From a virus (taxonomy: Duplodnaviria; Caudoviricetes), in the IMG/VR virus record IMGVR_UViG_3300037466_003369, positions 1 to 64,000 of that record: a DNA stretch of 64,000 bases. The stretch is one strand, 5' to 3'. Made by a program: the position numbers and the translations under genes. The notes under the pieces were generated by a model. That model was not told the DNA's origin. It saw only the letters and a program-made list of their open reading frames with translations, and did no database searches. How positions within the stretch are numbered: the stretch's first letter is position 1; each line of letters starts with the position of its first letter. Shown here piece after piece: positions 45,893-54,923 of the stretch.

Positions 45893-46281
45893 GCCGCCTC
45901 CTTCCGTTCCTCGATCTTCGCGGCCTCTGCCGCCTTCGTCTTGGCCGCCTTCGCCTTGGGCTCGACCCTGAGCAGCGCGCCCAGGCCCTGCCGCCGCATC
46001 CGCTTCTTCAGCAGTTCCGCGGGATCGGGCCGCCCGGCCGCCCGGTCCTCGGCGATGATCCTGTCCAGCTCCAAGCATAGCTCCGTCAGCGCGATCTTGC
46101 CGATGGGGTCGCCCTTCAGGTGGCGGCCCCGCCGCCACGCGAGGAGCTGGAGCATCAGGGGCGCGCCCCGCTTCAGCATCCGGTTGTTCCAGGCCCGCTT
46201 GTGTTCGGCGCAACAGAACACCGCGAGGGGGTGGGCGGGTTCGTGCTGGACGCCGCACTCGGGACAGATTTCCTTGGCCAT
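45889..46281 (-). CDS. Hypothetical protein with zinc-finger-like N-terminus
   Basis: CPECG...FCCAEH. Confidence 0.65.
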   Translation of the reverse strand: MAKEICPECGVQHEPAHPLAVFCCAEHKRAWNNRMLKRGAPLMLQLLAWRRGRHLKGDPIGKIALTELCLELDRIIAEDRAAGRPDPAELLKKRMRRQGLGALLRVEPKAKAAKTKAAEAAKIEERKEAA

Positions 46282-46454
46282 CAGTGATACCCCCACCCAA
46301 GAACCTCGCCCTGGTGGCCGTAGCTCACCCAGACGCCCCGAGCTTCCAATTCGACCTTCGCGGCCTCACCGTGCCAGTGGTAGAGGCCGGACTGGATGAC
46401 TTTCAGAAGCTCTTCGACCTTGAGCCCCTTCATCCGTTCTTCGAGCTTTTCCAT
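46281..46454 (-). CDS. Hypothetical protein (57 aa), not in the ORF track
   Basis: GGAAGGAGA RBS; MEKLEERMKGLKVEELLKVIQSGLYHWHGEAAKVELEARG... Confidence 0.65.
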   Translation of the reverse strand: MEKLEERMKGLKVEELLKVIQSGLYHWHGEAAKVELEARGVWVSYGHQGEVLGWGYH

Positions 46455-46475
46455 CGGTCTCTCCTTCCACCATCA

Positions 46476-46504
46476 GTCTTAGACCGATGCGCGGAAGGCG
46501 TCAA
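46476..46504 (-). promoter_or_regulatory. Sigma70-type promoter
   Basis: TTGACG-17 nt-TAAGAC with an A-rich tract upstream. Confidence 0.7.
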
Positions 46505-46749
46505 TCACTTTCTTTCTTTTGCTCGGCGAGGTGCAGGTCCACCAGGGCCTCCAGCTCGGCCAGCATGATCCTGAGGTCCTGGACGCTCTCGCGGGCCCGG
46601 TAGGCCGCCAGCGCCTCTTCCCTTCCGAGGGAGAGCGCCTGGGCGACCAAGTCCAGGCGCACCTTGACCACCTCGCACTGGTGCATGGCGCGCGAGATCG
46701 TGGTGCGCGCCCGGCCCAGGTTTGACGACAGGTAGTCCTCTCGGGTCAT
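46501..46749 (-). CDS. Hypothetical helical protein
   Basis: MTREDYLSSNLG... Confidence 0.6.
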   Translation of the reverse strand: MTREDYLSSNLGRARTTISRAMHQCEVVKVRLDLVAQALSLGREEALAAYRARESVQDLRIMLAELEALVDLHLAEQKKESD

Positions 46750-46750
46750 C

Positions 46751-47587
46751 TCACCACCCGAACCGCTCGGCGCAGATCGGGCCGATGCCGCGCTCGATGC
46801 TCTCGGGGTTCGACAGCTCCCGGCCGCAGCAGGCGCACTGCCCGAACCGCTTGCCGTAGGCCACAGCGGCGGCCTCGGGATCGGCCGCCGCCGCGACGAT
46901 CTCCGCGGCCCTGGCGTCGTCGCAGGTCCCGAAGGCCCGCATGAACTTGCCGTCCGCAACCTTGCCCAGGTAGTCACCGCCGACCGATTTGACGTAGATG
47001 GCGCCGGCGTTGCGCCCCGTGACCGGGGCCGGCGAGAACTTGAACTCGGCGAGCCGCAGCACCGGCCGCTTGATCCCGCTGGCCAGCGCCGCGCCGATGG
47101 CCTGGACGATCCGACTCACGTCGATGGCCGGCGCCGCGGCGGCCCGCGCCTCGCGCTCCTGGGCCCACTTGGCTTCCCGCTCGGCGTCGGCGCCCCGCAG
47201 CCGCTCGACCGTGGCAAGCTGGTTGTCGGTCAGGTGGCCGTACTTCCGCACCGCCTCCTGCATCGCGGCGGCGAAGCCGAACTTCGGGGCCTTGGCCACG
47301 ATCCAGGCCCAGGCGGCCGGGTTGGTCTCCTGCCACGCCTGGGCGGCCTCGCCCTTCTTCCTGGCCACCCGGTCGCGGGCCTTGGCCCGGTCCTCGGACG
47401 AGGTCCGGTAGGTCACGAGGCCCTTGCCGCCGCAGGCGAAGCACGCCCGCGAGCGGTAGTAGCCCCACCGGCCCGTGCCATTGCACTTGCCGCAGCGCTC
47501 CTCAAAGGTGCGCGGCGCGGGCGTTCCGAAGTCGGCGATCTCGCGTTCCGCCGCGAAGTCGCCCTCAAGGTCCGACCACATGTCCAT
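46751..47587 (-). CDS. Zinc-finger protein with DUF6011-like C-terminus
   Basis: CGKCNGTG...CFACGGKG; CACCGRELSNPESIERGIGPICA; AAGGAGA RBS. Confidence 0.8.
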   Translation of the reverse strand: MDMWSDLEGDFAAEREIADFGTPAPRTFEERCGKCNGTGRWGYYRSRACFACGGKGLVTYRTSSEDRAKARDRVARKKGEAAQAWQETNPAAWAWIVAKAPKFGFAAAMQEAVRKYGHLTDNQLATVERLRGADAEREAKWAQEREARAAAAPAIDVSRIVQAIGAALASGIKRPVLRLAEFKFSPAPVTGRNAGAIYVKSVGGDYLGKVADGKFMRAFGTCDDARAAEIVAAAADPEAAAVAYGKRFGQCACCGRELSNPESIERGIGPICAERFGW

Positions 47588-47612
47588 GACGTCTCCTTTC
47601 CTTCCGACGCCC

Positions 47613-47643
47613 ATCATAGTGGGTCCAAAAGAAAAAGAAAGTG
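47613..47643 (-). promoter_or_regulatory. Leftward promoter (repeated phage motif)
   Basis: CAC-TTTCTT-16 nt-TATGAT. Confidence 0.65.
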
Positions 47644-47649
47644 TTTTCT

Positions 47650-47841
47650 TCAGCGCAGAGGGAACTTCGCGCGGATCACGATCTCCTGGCCGTTGTCGAG
47701 CCTGACCCGCAGCCGCTCGTTCGGCATCCGCAGCGCCCGGATGGCGCGTCGCAGCTTGCCGGCGGTGACCCAGTGCCAGGGCCCCGGCCGCTTGCGGTCG
47801 CCGTAGACGTCCCAGCGGTAGAGGATTGGGGTTGGGATCAT
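47650..47841 (-). CDS. Small basic hypothetical protein
   Basis: TGATG-coupled ORF. Confidence 0.55.
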   Translation of the reverse strand: MIPTPILYRWDVYGDRKRPGPWHWVTAGKLRRAIRALRMPNERLRVRLDNGQEIVIRAKFPLR

Positions 47842-48065
47842 CAGTCGATCCTCAGCGCCGGGATCGCACCCTTGGCGTCATAGACGTAGCTCTGGCCGAA
47901 GCCGCCCTTGCCGATCCTGACCTGGACGTGCTCCGCCGAAGTCACGGGGTAGCAGCCGTACTCAGTGTCGCCGGACCAGACGATGATGGTGTCGTCGGGC
48001 ATGTTGGCCCACGCCCGGCGCAGATCACCGAGGGTGAGGCCTTGGGTCTTGGTGATGTTACTCAT
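47841..48065 (-). CDS. Hypothetical protein
   Basis: GLTLGDLRRAWANMPDDTIIVW. Confidence 0.65.
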   Translation of the reverse strand: MSNITKTQGLTLGDLRRAWANMPDDTIIVWSGDTEYGCYPVTSAEHVQVRIGKGGFGQSYVYDAKGAIPALRID

Positions 48066-49080
48066 CGAAGGTCCATTCCTTCATCAGCTTGGCGATCTCG
48101 GTCCGCACGGCCTCCTGACCGGGCCCGTTGGCCCTGTCCACGGCCTGCGGGTGGCCGGCGGGGATGAAGCGGTTGATCGCGTCCTCCAGCATCGCCCGCG
48201 CCCGCGCCGGGTGACCCACGAGGGCGTTGGCCTCGCACTTCCAGACGCCGAACCGCCGGATGTAGTCCTGGACGTAGGGCTTCCAATGGTCCGGGTGGCC
48301 CGGATCGGAAAGGTCCCGGCCGCCGCCGGTCTCCAGGTTGTCTATCCGCATCAGGCCCATGGCGTCGATCTGGGCCTCGGTGAGGCCCACGGGGACGACG
48401 TCGAAATCGGGATCGTACCAGTCGAGACCCTTGAGATTCAGGCACGAGCGGATGGTCCGCTCCAGGCCCGAGACGATGTGCAGGCCCTTGGGATCGTGGT
48501 CGCCGATGGCCAGGAGCACGCAGCGGCGCCCGGCCTCGGTGTGATCGCGGAAGCGCTTCAGCATCGCCAGCCGGGTGTGGATGTCGGTATCGCCCTTGCC
48601 GTTGGTGATGCGGACGTTGTAGCGGTCGGCCGTGGAGCTGAAGATTTGGACGAGGTCCTTCTTCTCCACGATCATTTCGACGTAGTAGTCCAGGGCGTCC
48701 CAGTAGCCCTGCTCGTTGAACGACCGCGCCCAGCTCCGGAGGTTGTCGCCGATGTCGTTGACGGCGTACTGGGCCCACTCCTCGGGCGTGGCGGTCGCCG
48801 CGTCGAAGTCATAGACCGTGGTCGCCATCCGTGAGGCGTCCGGCTCGATCACGTCGGGGTCCAGCTCGCCGTCCTTGCGCATGTCGGTCAGCAGCTTCTC
48901 GAAGCGGTCGAACTCGCCCTTTGTGATCAGCCCCAGGCCCTCGGCGTAGTAGGCCCAGCCCCGCGGACCGAAGCGGTAGCCGGTGTCCTGGGACATCTGC
49001 TCGATGGCCTCGGCCATGGCCATCCTGGCGGCCCGGCGTACCTCAATCGGCCCCGTGGTCGGCGGCATCTGGAAGGACAT
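48058..49080 (-). CDS. Topoisomerase VI-A/Spo11/JetD-like winged-helix plus Toprim protein
   Basis: RGWAYY, LTDMRKDGELDPDVI, VEMIVEKKDL, LLAIGDHDPKGLHI, CEANAL. Confidence 0.65.
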   Translation of the reverse strand: MSFQMPPTTGPIEVRRAARMAMAEAIEQMSQDTGYRFGPRGWAYYAEGLGLITKGEFDRFEKLLTDMRKDGELDPDVIEPDASRMATTVYDFDAATATPEEWAQYAVNDIGDNLRSWARSFNEQGYWDALDYYVEMIVEKKDLVQIFSSTADRYNVRITNGKGDTDIHTRLAMLKRFRDHTEAGRRCVLLAIGDHDPKGLHIVSGLERTIRSCLNLKGLDWYDPDFDVVPVGLTEAQIDAMGLMRIDNLETGGGRDLSDPGHPDHWKPYVQDYIRRFGVWKCEANALVGHPARARAMLEDAINRFIPAGHPQAVDRANGPGQEAVRTEIAKLMKEWTFDE

Positions 49081-49374
49081 TCTCTAAACCCCCTTTGGTT
49101 CTTGGGAGACCCACTGCCGCCCGCCCTGTGTGTCGTTTGGGCCGGACAGAGCACACACTTTTCGCTTCGCCGGGCGTCCCCGGCTCGGGCAGTGGGTCAC
49201 CCAAGAACCCCGGCCCGCGAGGGGCCGGGACTTGGCGTTTTTTCACGCCGGATTCATCGCTCCCACCTCCCCTCGTCTGATTGATCCGGCACAACATGCC
49301 TTCTGGCGCCGCCTCGGCCCGGCCACCGTTTTCGGCTCCGGGCTCTGGGCGGGTCGTCCGCTAGGGTGGAAGGA

Positions 49375-50478
49375 TCAGGCCGCCAGCTTCATGATGTCGC
49401 CGGCCTTGCGCTCGATCTCCACCCGCTCGTCCTGGTACTCGATGGAACGAGCGTAGGCCGTGGCGCCGACCGTCACGTCCCAGAGGGTCTCGATGGGGCG
49501 GCCCTCCTCGACCTCGTGGGCGAGGCTGATGGCCTTGGCCTGGGAGCGGGTGAAGCGGTTGGCCAGGAACTCGCCGACCTTGTCCTCCAGCTTCTTGGCC
49601 TGGGCCTCCTTGATCACCTGCTGCAGGCCGATGGCCGAGGCCTCGGAGTAGCGCTCCAGGGCCGGGACGATCTGCTGCAGCCAACGGTCGGGGGCGCCGG
49701 AGGTGTGCCTGATCTTGACCTCCTTGAAGGCGTCGACCCCGTAGATCATGCGGTTGCGACAGACGTAGTCGAAAGTGAAGGCCGCGATCCCGAGGGTGGC
49801 GGACCCCACCTCGGAATTCCACACGAAGAAGCCGCGGGCCAGGGAGCCGGGCTCACCGTTGCGCCGGTTGGGGACCTCGATTCGGTTCTTCTCGTCGGCC
49901 AGGAAGACGAACATGTCGCGGTCGCCCGCGTAGAGGGTGGTGTTGGCCTTGGTCACCGGGACGTCGTGGCCGAATTCGCCGGGGACCTTGAACTTGCCCG
50001 TCAAGCCATCGCCGAACTGCTTGACGAGGGTGTCCACGATCTCCGCGTTCCAGACCCGGCCGTAGTTGGGGCCGGTGACCGCGGCGACGTCCGGGATGGC
50101 CAGCACTTGGGTGCGCCCCAGGAGCCCCAGCTCCTCGACGTCGCGCACCGCGATCCCGTAGTTCACCCAGTCGGCGGCGAGGTCCGCCGGCAGGGTGCGC
50201 AGGTAGCGGGCCGGGATGCCCAGGCGGCTGGCGAGCTGGCCGAAGGCGAAATGGGTGGGATTGGACGGCGCGTCGGACTTGCGGTCGAGCAGGACCAGGG
50301 CCTTGCGGCTCTCGTCCTCCTGGATCGGCGCCGCCATCAGGCGCGTGTTGGGCAGCACCGTCTGGACGCTCGCCGCGCGCTGGGCGCGGACGTGGGCCTG
50401 GAGATCGAGGAGCGAGACGAAGCGCTCGTCGGCCGGGCGCGTGGACCACTGCGCGGAGGCCTGGGTGAGGACGGTCAT
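49375..50478 (-). CDS. DUF932-family protein
   Basis: TGPNYGRVWNAEIV, LYAGDRDMFVFL, WNSEVGS...FDYVCRNRMI; CGGAAGGAGA RBS. Confidence 0.8.
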   Translation of the reverse strand: MTVLTQASAQWSTRPADERFVSLLDLQAHVRAQRAASVQTVLPNTRLMAAPIQEDESRKALVLLDRKSDAPSNPTHFAFGQLASRLGIPARYLRTLPADLAADWVNYGIAVRDVEELGLLGRTQVLAIPDVAAVTGPNYGRVWNAEIVDTLVKQFGDGLTGKFKVPGEFGHDVPVTKANTTLYAGDRDMFVFLADEKNRIEVPNRRNGEPGSLARGFFVWNSEVGSATLGIAAFTFDYVCRNRMIYGVDAFKEVKIRHTSGAPDRWLQQIVPALERYSEASAIGLQQVIKEAQAKKLEDKVGEFLANRFTRSQAKAISLAHEVEEGRPIETLWDVTVGATAYARSIEYQDERVEIERKAGDIMKLAA

Positions 50479-50571
50479 TGGCTGTTCTCCTTCCGAGAGG
50501 ACTGACGGTCTCGTCAGCAGGGGCATCACCCCCGGACCATCGGGGCGCGGGGCGCGCCCCTAGGTTTCGAC

Positions 50572-50799
50572 CTAGTAGAAATCGTAGCGTTCGTGGGTCA
50601 TGTGAATGCCACCGCGGGGACCGATCCAGCCGATGGCGGTTCCATGGAAGATGCCGACTTCGGCGTGGAGATGGAAGAGAACGCCACTCGCGGCGTGCTC
50701 GAACTCGGCCTTTGTCAGGTCGGCCTCTCGACCTCTGCAGGTCTTCTCGATGACCCGCCGCTTCAGGCTCTCGGCCGTGGCTCTCTGGCGCTGGTTCAT
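50572..50799 (-). CDS. Hypothetical protein
   Basis: GGAAGGAGA RBS; directly behind a promoter. Confidence 0.7.
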   Translation of the reverse strand: MNQRQRATAESLKRRVIEKTCRGREADLTKAEFEHAASGVLFHLHAEVGIFHGTAIGWIGPRGGIHMTHERYDFY

Positions 50800-50819
50800 T
50801 GGTTTCTCCTTCCACGCTC

Positions 50820-50848
50820 AAGATAGGGGAAGAAAGAAAGGAAGGCAA
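50820..50848 (-). promoter_or_regulatory. Sigma70-type promoter
   Basis: TTGCCT-17 nt-TATCTT with an AT-rich upstream tract. Confidence 0.75.
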
Positions 50849-50865
50849 TATAATTTTTTGAAAAA

Positions 50866-51105
50866 TTATCTGACCTTGGCGCGGACCTGGATCACGGCCT
50901 CATGGAGCGTATCGCCGCGACCAGTTCGACTTTGCAACAGGCCGACTGCGTCACCCGGATAGTCCGGCAAGCAAACGACCCAGGGCTGCTGCATATCGGG
51001 ACCGAGCCAGCGGACCATGAACCCATCTGGATTGCCGTTGATCAGATCGGCGAAGGCGACTTCGGCCCTGCGAAGGGGTGCAATGCGGCGTTTACCTTGT
51101 GGCAT
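50866..51105 (-). CDS. Hypothetical protein
   Basis: TAATG-coupled ORF. Confidence 0.55.
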   Translation of the reverse strand: MPQGKRRIAPLRRAEVAFADLINGNPDGFMVRWLGPDMQQPWVVCLPDYPGDAVGLLQSRTGRGDTLHEAVIQVRAKVR

Positions 51106-51305
51106 TATCTGCGTCCCTTCCCGGTCACCTCCTGGTAGGGGATGATCAGGTAGCTGACCTCAGGTCCGCGCCAGCCCATCCGAACGATCTCGATCTCGAC
51201 GCCCTGGACCATGATCCGGCCGTTGGCCTGATGACCTGCGGTGCGGATCGCGTCGATCTTGACGTTGGCGCGCTCGATCATGTGGTTATGGGCTGCGATG
51301 CTCAT
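51105..51305 (-). CDS. Hypothetical protein
   Basis: GGAGGAG RBS. Confidence 0.6.
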   Translation of the reverse strand: MSIAAHNHMIERANVKIDAIRTAGHQANGRIMVQGVEIEIVRMGWRGPEVSYLIIPYQEVTGKGRR

Positions 51306-51368
51306 GCACTTCTCCTCCGATCAATCCGCCGGTTCCCCCGGCCGGAGCCGGGGGTGGCAGAGGGTTGA

Positions 51369-51695
51369 TCAGGCGGCCTTCACCTCCTCGATCAGCCTCT
51401 CCAGCTTGGCGATCTCGGCCTTGGCCGCCTCGCCCAGGACCACGACTTTGGCCGCCTCGCCAAAGCCATTGCTTATCCGGGGGATCGCCAGCGCCTCGGC
51501 CTTCTCGGCGAACTGGCTGGCGTGGACCAGACCACAAACATGGCAACTAGAGCCGCAGTTGATGATCTTGCAGCCCAGGCCGTTCTCGAAGGCGATCACA
51601 TAGGCCTTGCTCTCGGTCACGCCCTTCAGGGCCTCCAGGCTCTCACCGAGCCCCTTGAGGACCTCGGCCTTGGCTTCCTGCTTCTCGATCTGCAT
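51369..51695 (-). CDS. Hypothetical protein
   Basis: CGGAAGGAGA RBS; behind a promoter. Confidence 0.7.
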   Translation of the reverse strand: MQIEKQEAKAEVLKGLGESLEALKGVTESKAYVIAFENGLGCKIINCGSSCHVCGLVHASQFAEKAEALAIPRISNGFGEAAKVVVLGEAAKAEIAKLERLIEEVKAA

Positions 51696-51718
51696 GACAG
51701 GTTCTCCTTCCGAGTCAC

Positions 51719-51749
51719 AAGATAGCGCTTCCAGAAGAAAAAGAAAGTG
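51719..51749 (-). promoter_or_regulatory. Leftward promoter (repeated phage motif)
   Basis: CAC-TTTCTT-16 nt-TATCTT. Confidence 0.7.
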
Positions 51750-51770
51750 ATTTCTGCACGCCGAGACGGA

Positions 51771-51956
51771 TTATTTCTCGTCGAGTACGGCGTCCACGAG
51801 ATCGTCCATCAGGACGCGGGTGACGATGGCCGCCAGGAGCTGTTCGCGGCGCACGCCGTGGGCGTCGGCATGGCGCTGGAGGACCGCGGACATGTGGCCC
51901 TCGATCTGCTCGTTGATGTCCACGTGGCCGCAGCCGATCAGGCGGTGGCGGCTCAC
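51771..51956 (-). CDS. Small hypothetical protein
   Basis: GTGA-coupled ORF. Confidence 0.55.
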   Translation of the reverse strand: MSRHRLIGCGHVDINEQIEGHMSAVLQRHADAHGVRREQLLAAIVTRVLMDDLVDAVLDEK

Positions 51957-52351
51957 GCGGCCTCGCGCGGGGGCTGGATGGCGACCGGCTCGATGGCCGC
52001 CAGGACTTTGGCCGCGCCCTGCGGCGTGATCCCGTAGCCCTCGTTGCTGAAGGTCTGGATCGCGTCCTTGCCCAGGATCGAGCGTAGCCTGGAGACGTGG
52101 GTCCGCATGGACACCTCCGTCTCGATGCGGGCGAACTCCATGATGTTCTCGGTCCGGACCATCCGGCCCCGGCCCTCGTGGATCGCGATCAGCGCCAGGG
52201 CCTCCTTGGGGTAGAGGTCCAGCCGGTTCATCAGCGATCCGATGACGCCGTCGCGGATGCGCAGGCCCAGCTCCGACTTCAGCTCCCGGTTCTGTTCCTC
52301 CAGGGCGTCCACGCGCGCGGCCATGCGCTTGCAGTCAGGACACCCGCGCAT
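51953..52351 (-). CDS. Stand-alone OmpR/PhoB-type winged-helix DNA-binding protein with N-terminal coiled coil
   Basis: LYPKEALAL...GRMVRTENIM...MRTHVSRLRSILG..AIQTFSNEGYGI. Confidence 0.75.
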   Translation of the reverse strand: MRGCPDCKRMAARVDALEEQNRELKSELGLRIRDGVIGSLMNRLDLYPKEALALIAIHEGRGRMVRTENIMEFARIETEVSMRTHVSRLRSILGKDAIQTFSNEGYGITPQGAAKVLAAIEPVAIQPPREAA

Positions 52352-52727
52352 CGTGGACCTCCGTCACCGGCACGCCCGCGGCGTCCAGGTTGTCGCGCAT
52401 GTTGGCCGTGCCCCGGCCGCCGGGGAACTGCAGGCCATGGTCGGGGTGCATGTCCAGCATCCGCGCATTGCGCGCCGGCCCGGCCCTAAGGCCCAGCCTG
52501 TGCCACGGCGCCGGGAAGGTCGCCACCGGCACGCGGCGCGCCCTGGCCCACTCGTAGGCGAGCTGGTCCACGCCCTGGTGGTGCGGCTCCCAGGGGTCGT
52601 GGCCGCAGATGATGATCAGGTTGGCAATGGAGGAGACCAGGGAATCGTTGAGCACGAACTGGTCCAGTTCGTCCCAGACCAGCTCGCGATCCCTGCAGTC
52701 CCGACCTCCAAACACGACCAGTCGCAT
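52335..52727 (-). CDS. SLOG-family (DUF2493/YspA-like) protein
   Basis: RLVVFGGRD, GVDQLAYEWA, AGPARNARML, FPGGRGTANM. Confidence 0.85.
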   Translation of the reverse strand: MRLVVFGGRDCRDRELVWDELDQFVLNDSLVSSIANLIIICGHDPWEPHHQGVDQLAYEWARARRVPVATFPAPWHRLGLRAGPARNARMLDMHPDHGLQFPGGRGTANMRDNLDAAGVPVTEVHDARVS

Positions 52728-52790
52728 CGGCCCCTCCCTCCACCATGAAAACCCCGCTGCGCCAACGGCGCAGCTAGACGTGTTGTCGCA

Positions 52791-52994
52791 CTACGGCTCG
52801 CCGTACCGCGGCTGGCGCTCCTCGCGGCATTCGCGCCGACCGAGCCTGTAGGCCTCGCGCTGATCCACGGTCCACTCGAACCGGTCCATGTCGGCGATGC
52901 TGATGTGGACCTTCCCGCCCAGTTCGTCGTCCCAGCCCTTCCGGTACTGGGGGAGCGCCTGCAGGTCCATCCACCACGCCTTGACCGCGCCCAT
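52791..52994 (-). CDS. Hypothetical protein
   Basis: TGATG-coupled to the helicase. Confidence 0.55.
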   Translation of the reverse strand: MGAVKAWWMDLQALPQYRKGWDDELGGKVHISIADMDRFEWTVDQREAYRLGRRECREERQPRYGEP

Positions 52995-54505
52995 CAGAGC
53001 ACCCACTCGCGCCATTTGTCGCCAGTCACGGCGTCGCTCAGCGACATGTCCTCCCGCAAGGACTTGAGGATTTTGCCGTCCACCGTGTCGCTGCCGTCGT
53101 CGTGGTAGGCGACGAGGTCGATGTAGCCCACGCTGCGGGTCTTGCCCACGGCCTGGGCGCGATCCTCGGATTGTTGGCGGTCGTCGTTGCTCCTGCTGTT
53201 CGAGCAATACACGACAAGGTCGGCGCAGGACCATTCGCGTCCCCGGCCGCCCGCAGCTTCCGTGGCCAGCATCCAGCGACAATTCGGATCGGTCTTGAAC
53301 CTGGCCTCCTCGGCGTCCCGCGTGGACCGGTTGCCACCCCACCAGCGGGCTACACTGCCGACGCCGTATTCGGCCTCCAGCGCCGCCTGTACGGCCCTGA
53401 TCTCGTGGTCATAGGCGCACCAGATGATGGCCTTGCCGTCGTACTCCTCCAGTACGTCGAGCAGGACCTTGGTCCGGTTCGTCGGTATGTGGTGGACGAC
53501 GCCTGCGTCATCGACCACATGCCCGCACAGGAGCTGGTGCAGCCGCATGACCTGGACGATGACGATGGTGGCCGTGACGTGCTCCTCCGCCGAGAGGGAC
53601 ATGGTCGCGAACGCCTTCATCTCGGCGTAGAGCTTCTTCTGCTCGTCGGTGAGGCTGACCTTGCGCACCGAATAGGTCTTCGGAGGCATGTCGTAGACGT
53701 CCTCCAGGAGGACGCGGTCCATGTAGGGGGCGATGCGCTCCTGCAGCTCCTCCAGGTTCCGGAAGCCGACGACGACGGGCACGCGCCGACCGCCGAACCA
53801 CTCGTCGCGGATCACCGCGTAGCGGGCGCGGAAGGCGTAGAAGGAGCGCTGACCGATGATCCGCCAGTCCAGGAACCACATCTGGCCGAACAGTTGCAGC
53901 GGGTCGCGGGGCGTGGGCAACCCGCAGAGGATGCGGCGGTAGTCGCAGAGGGGGGCGACCTTGTCGTTGATGAACTTGGTCCGCGCCGAGGAGGGGTTGC
54001 CGATGATCAGGCTCTCGTCGATGACGCCGTAGCGCCTGCCGGGACGCTGAGAGAGGTACTCCAGGACCGTGGCCCTGGCCCTCTGCACCGACGACAGCGC
54101 CTCGACGTTGATCATCAACGCGCGCGGGCGCTCGGTCTCTTCCAGGAAGCGTCTCAGCGCCTTCTCGTGGGTCCTGCCGCCGTCCGACTTCCAGACGTGG
54201 ACCAGTATGCGCTTGGCGAGGTCGGCCGAGAGGTGGCCGGGCGTGTTGTTCGCCGGATTGCCGAACATGGCGTCGCGCCAGTCGGCGTAGACGCTACCCT
54301 TGCTGATCTCCAGGAAATCACTGGCCTGACCGGTTAATTCAAGTCTGCCGAAATCTCCAAGAGTGGTCGCCGTTTTGCCAGTTCTCTGTGCGTGAAAGAG
54401 GGCGAAGGCCTCCTTGCCCTCCATCCTGGCCAGCGCCCGCGCCTGATGCGCCCGCGGCTGGTAGGGCGGCGTGTAGACTTTGGTCACCGCAGGACCTTGC
54501 ACCAC
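52994..54505 (-). CDS. SNF2-family (SF2) DNA helicase
   Basis: QRTGKT, VIDES, ILCGLP, LHQL, AGGRG, QSEDRA. Confidence 0.9.
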   Translation of the reverse strand: MVQGPAVTKVYTPPYQPRAHQARALARMEGKEAFALFHAQRTGKTATTLGDFGRLELTGQASDFLEISKGSVYADWRDAMFGNPANNTPGHLSADLAKRILVHVWKSDGGRTHEKALRRFLEETERPRALMINVEALSSVQRARATVLEYLSQRPGRRYGVIDESLIIGNPSSARTKFINDKVAPLCDYRRILCGLPTPRDPLQLFGQMWFLDWRIIGQRSFYAFRARYAVIRDEWFGGRRVPVVVGFRNLEELQERIAPYMDRVLLEDVYDMPPKTYSVRKVSLTDEQKKLYAEMKAFATMSLSAEEHVTATIVIVQVMRLHQLLCGHVVDDAGVVHHIPTNRTKVLLDVLEEYDGKAIIWCAYDHEIRAVQAALEAEYGVGSVARWWGGNRSTRDAEEARFKTDPNCRWMLATEAAGGRGREWSCADLVVYCSNSRSNDDRQQSEDRAQAVGKTRSVGYIDLVAYHDDGSDTVDGKILKSLREDMSLSDAVTGDKWREWVL

Positions 54506-54678
54506 AGTGGAACGCTATCCGTTCCCGGCTCGAAGACGGGGTAGTGGTGCGTGTTGACGCAGACCCACTCCTCACCCTTGTAGCTGACCAGCTCACCGGC
54601 CCGATAGCCACGCTGACGCTGGGCACGCGGCTTCCACGGCTTAGCATGACCACGGTCAGGCCAGACGATGATTTTCAT
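54484..54678 (-). CDS. Small hypothetical protein
   Basis: YRAGELVSYKGEEWVC. Confidence 0.55.
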   Translation of the reverse strand: MKIIVWPDRGHAKPWKPRAQRQRGYRAGELVSYKGEEWVCVNTHHYPVFEPGTDSVPLWCKVLR

Positions 54679-54923
54679 GCCAGCTCCGCCGGCCTAACGA
54701 CCTCGGGGCCCCAGACGAAGTCCTGTGGCCACTGCAGCGGACTGACGCCGGTCACGGAGACGCCCCACTTCTCGTCGCTGTCGTCGTCCAGGCTGTTCTC
54801 GATCACCTGGACAATCTCCCAATCCACGGAGGCCCAGTCCTCGCCGGGCGGCATACGGGTGGGATGGACCAGCTTGGCCCAGAACCATCCCTCGCGCTTG
54901 GGTGTTGGATAGGTGATCGTCAT
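54675..54923 (-). CDS. Hypothetical protein
   Basis: MTITYPTPKREGWFWAK. Confidence 0.65.
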   Translation of the reverse strand: MTITYPTPKREGWFWAKLVHPTRMPPGEDWASVDWEIVQVIENSLDDDSDEKWGVSVTGVSPLQWPQDFVWGPEVVRPAELA

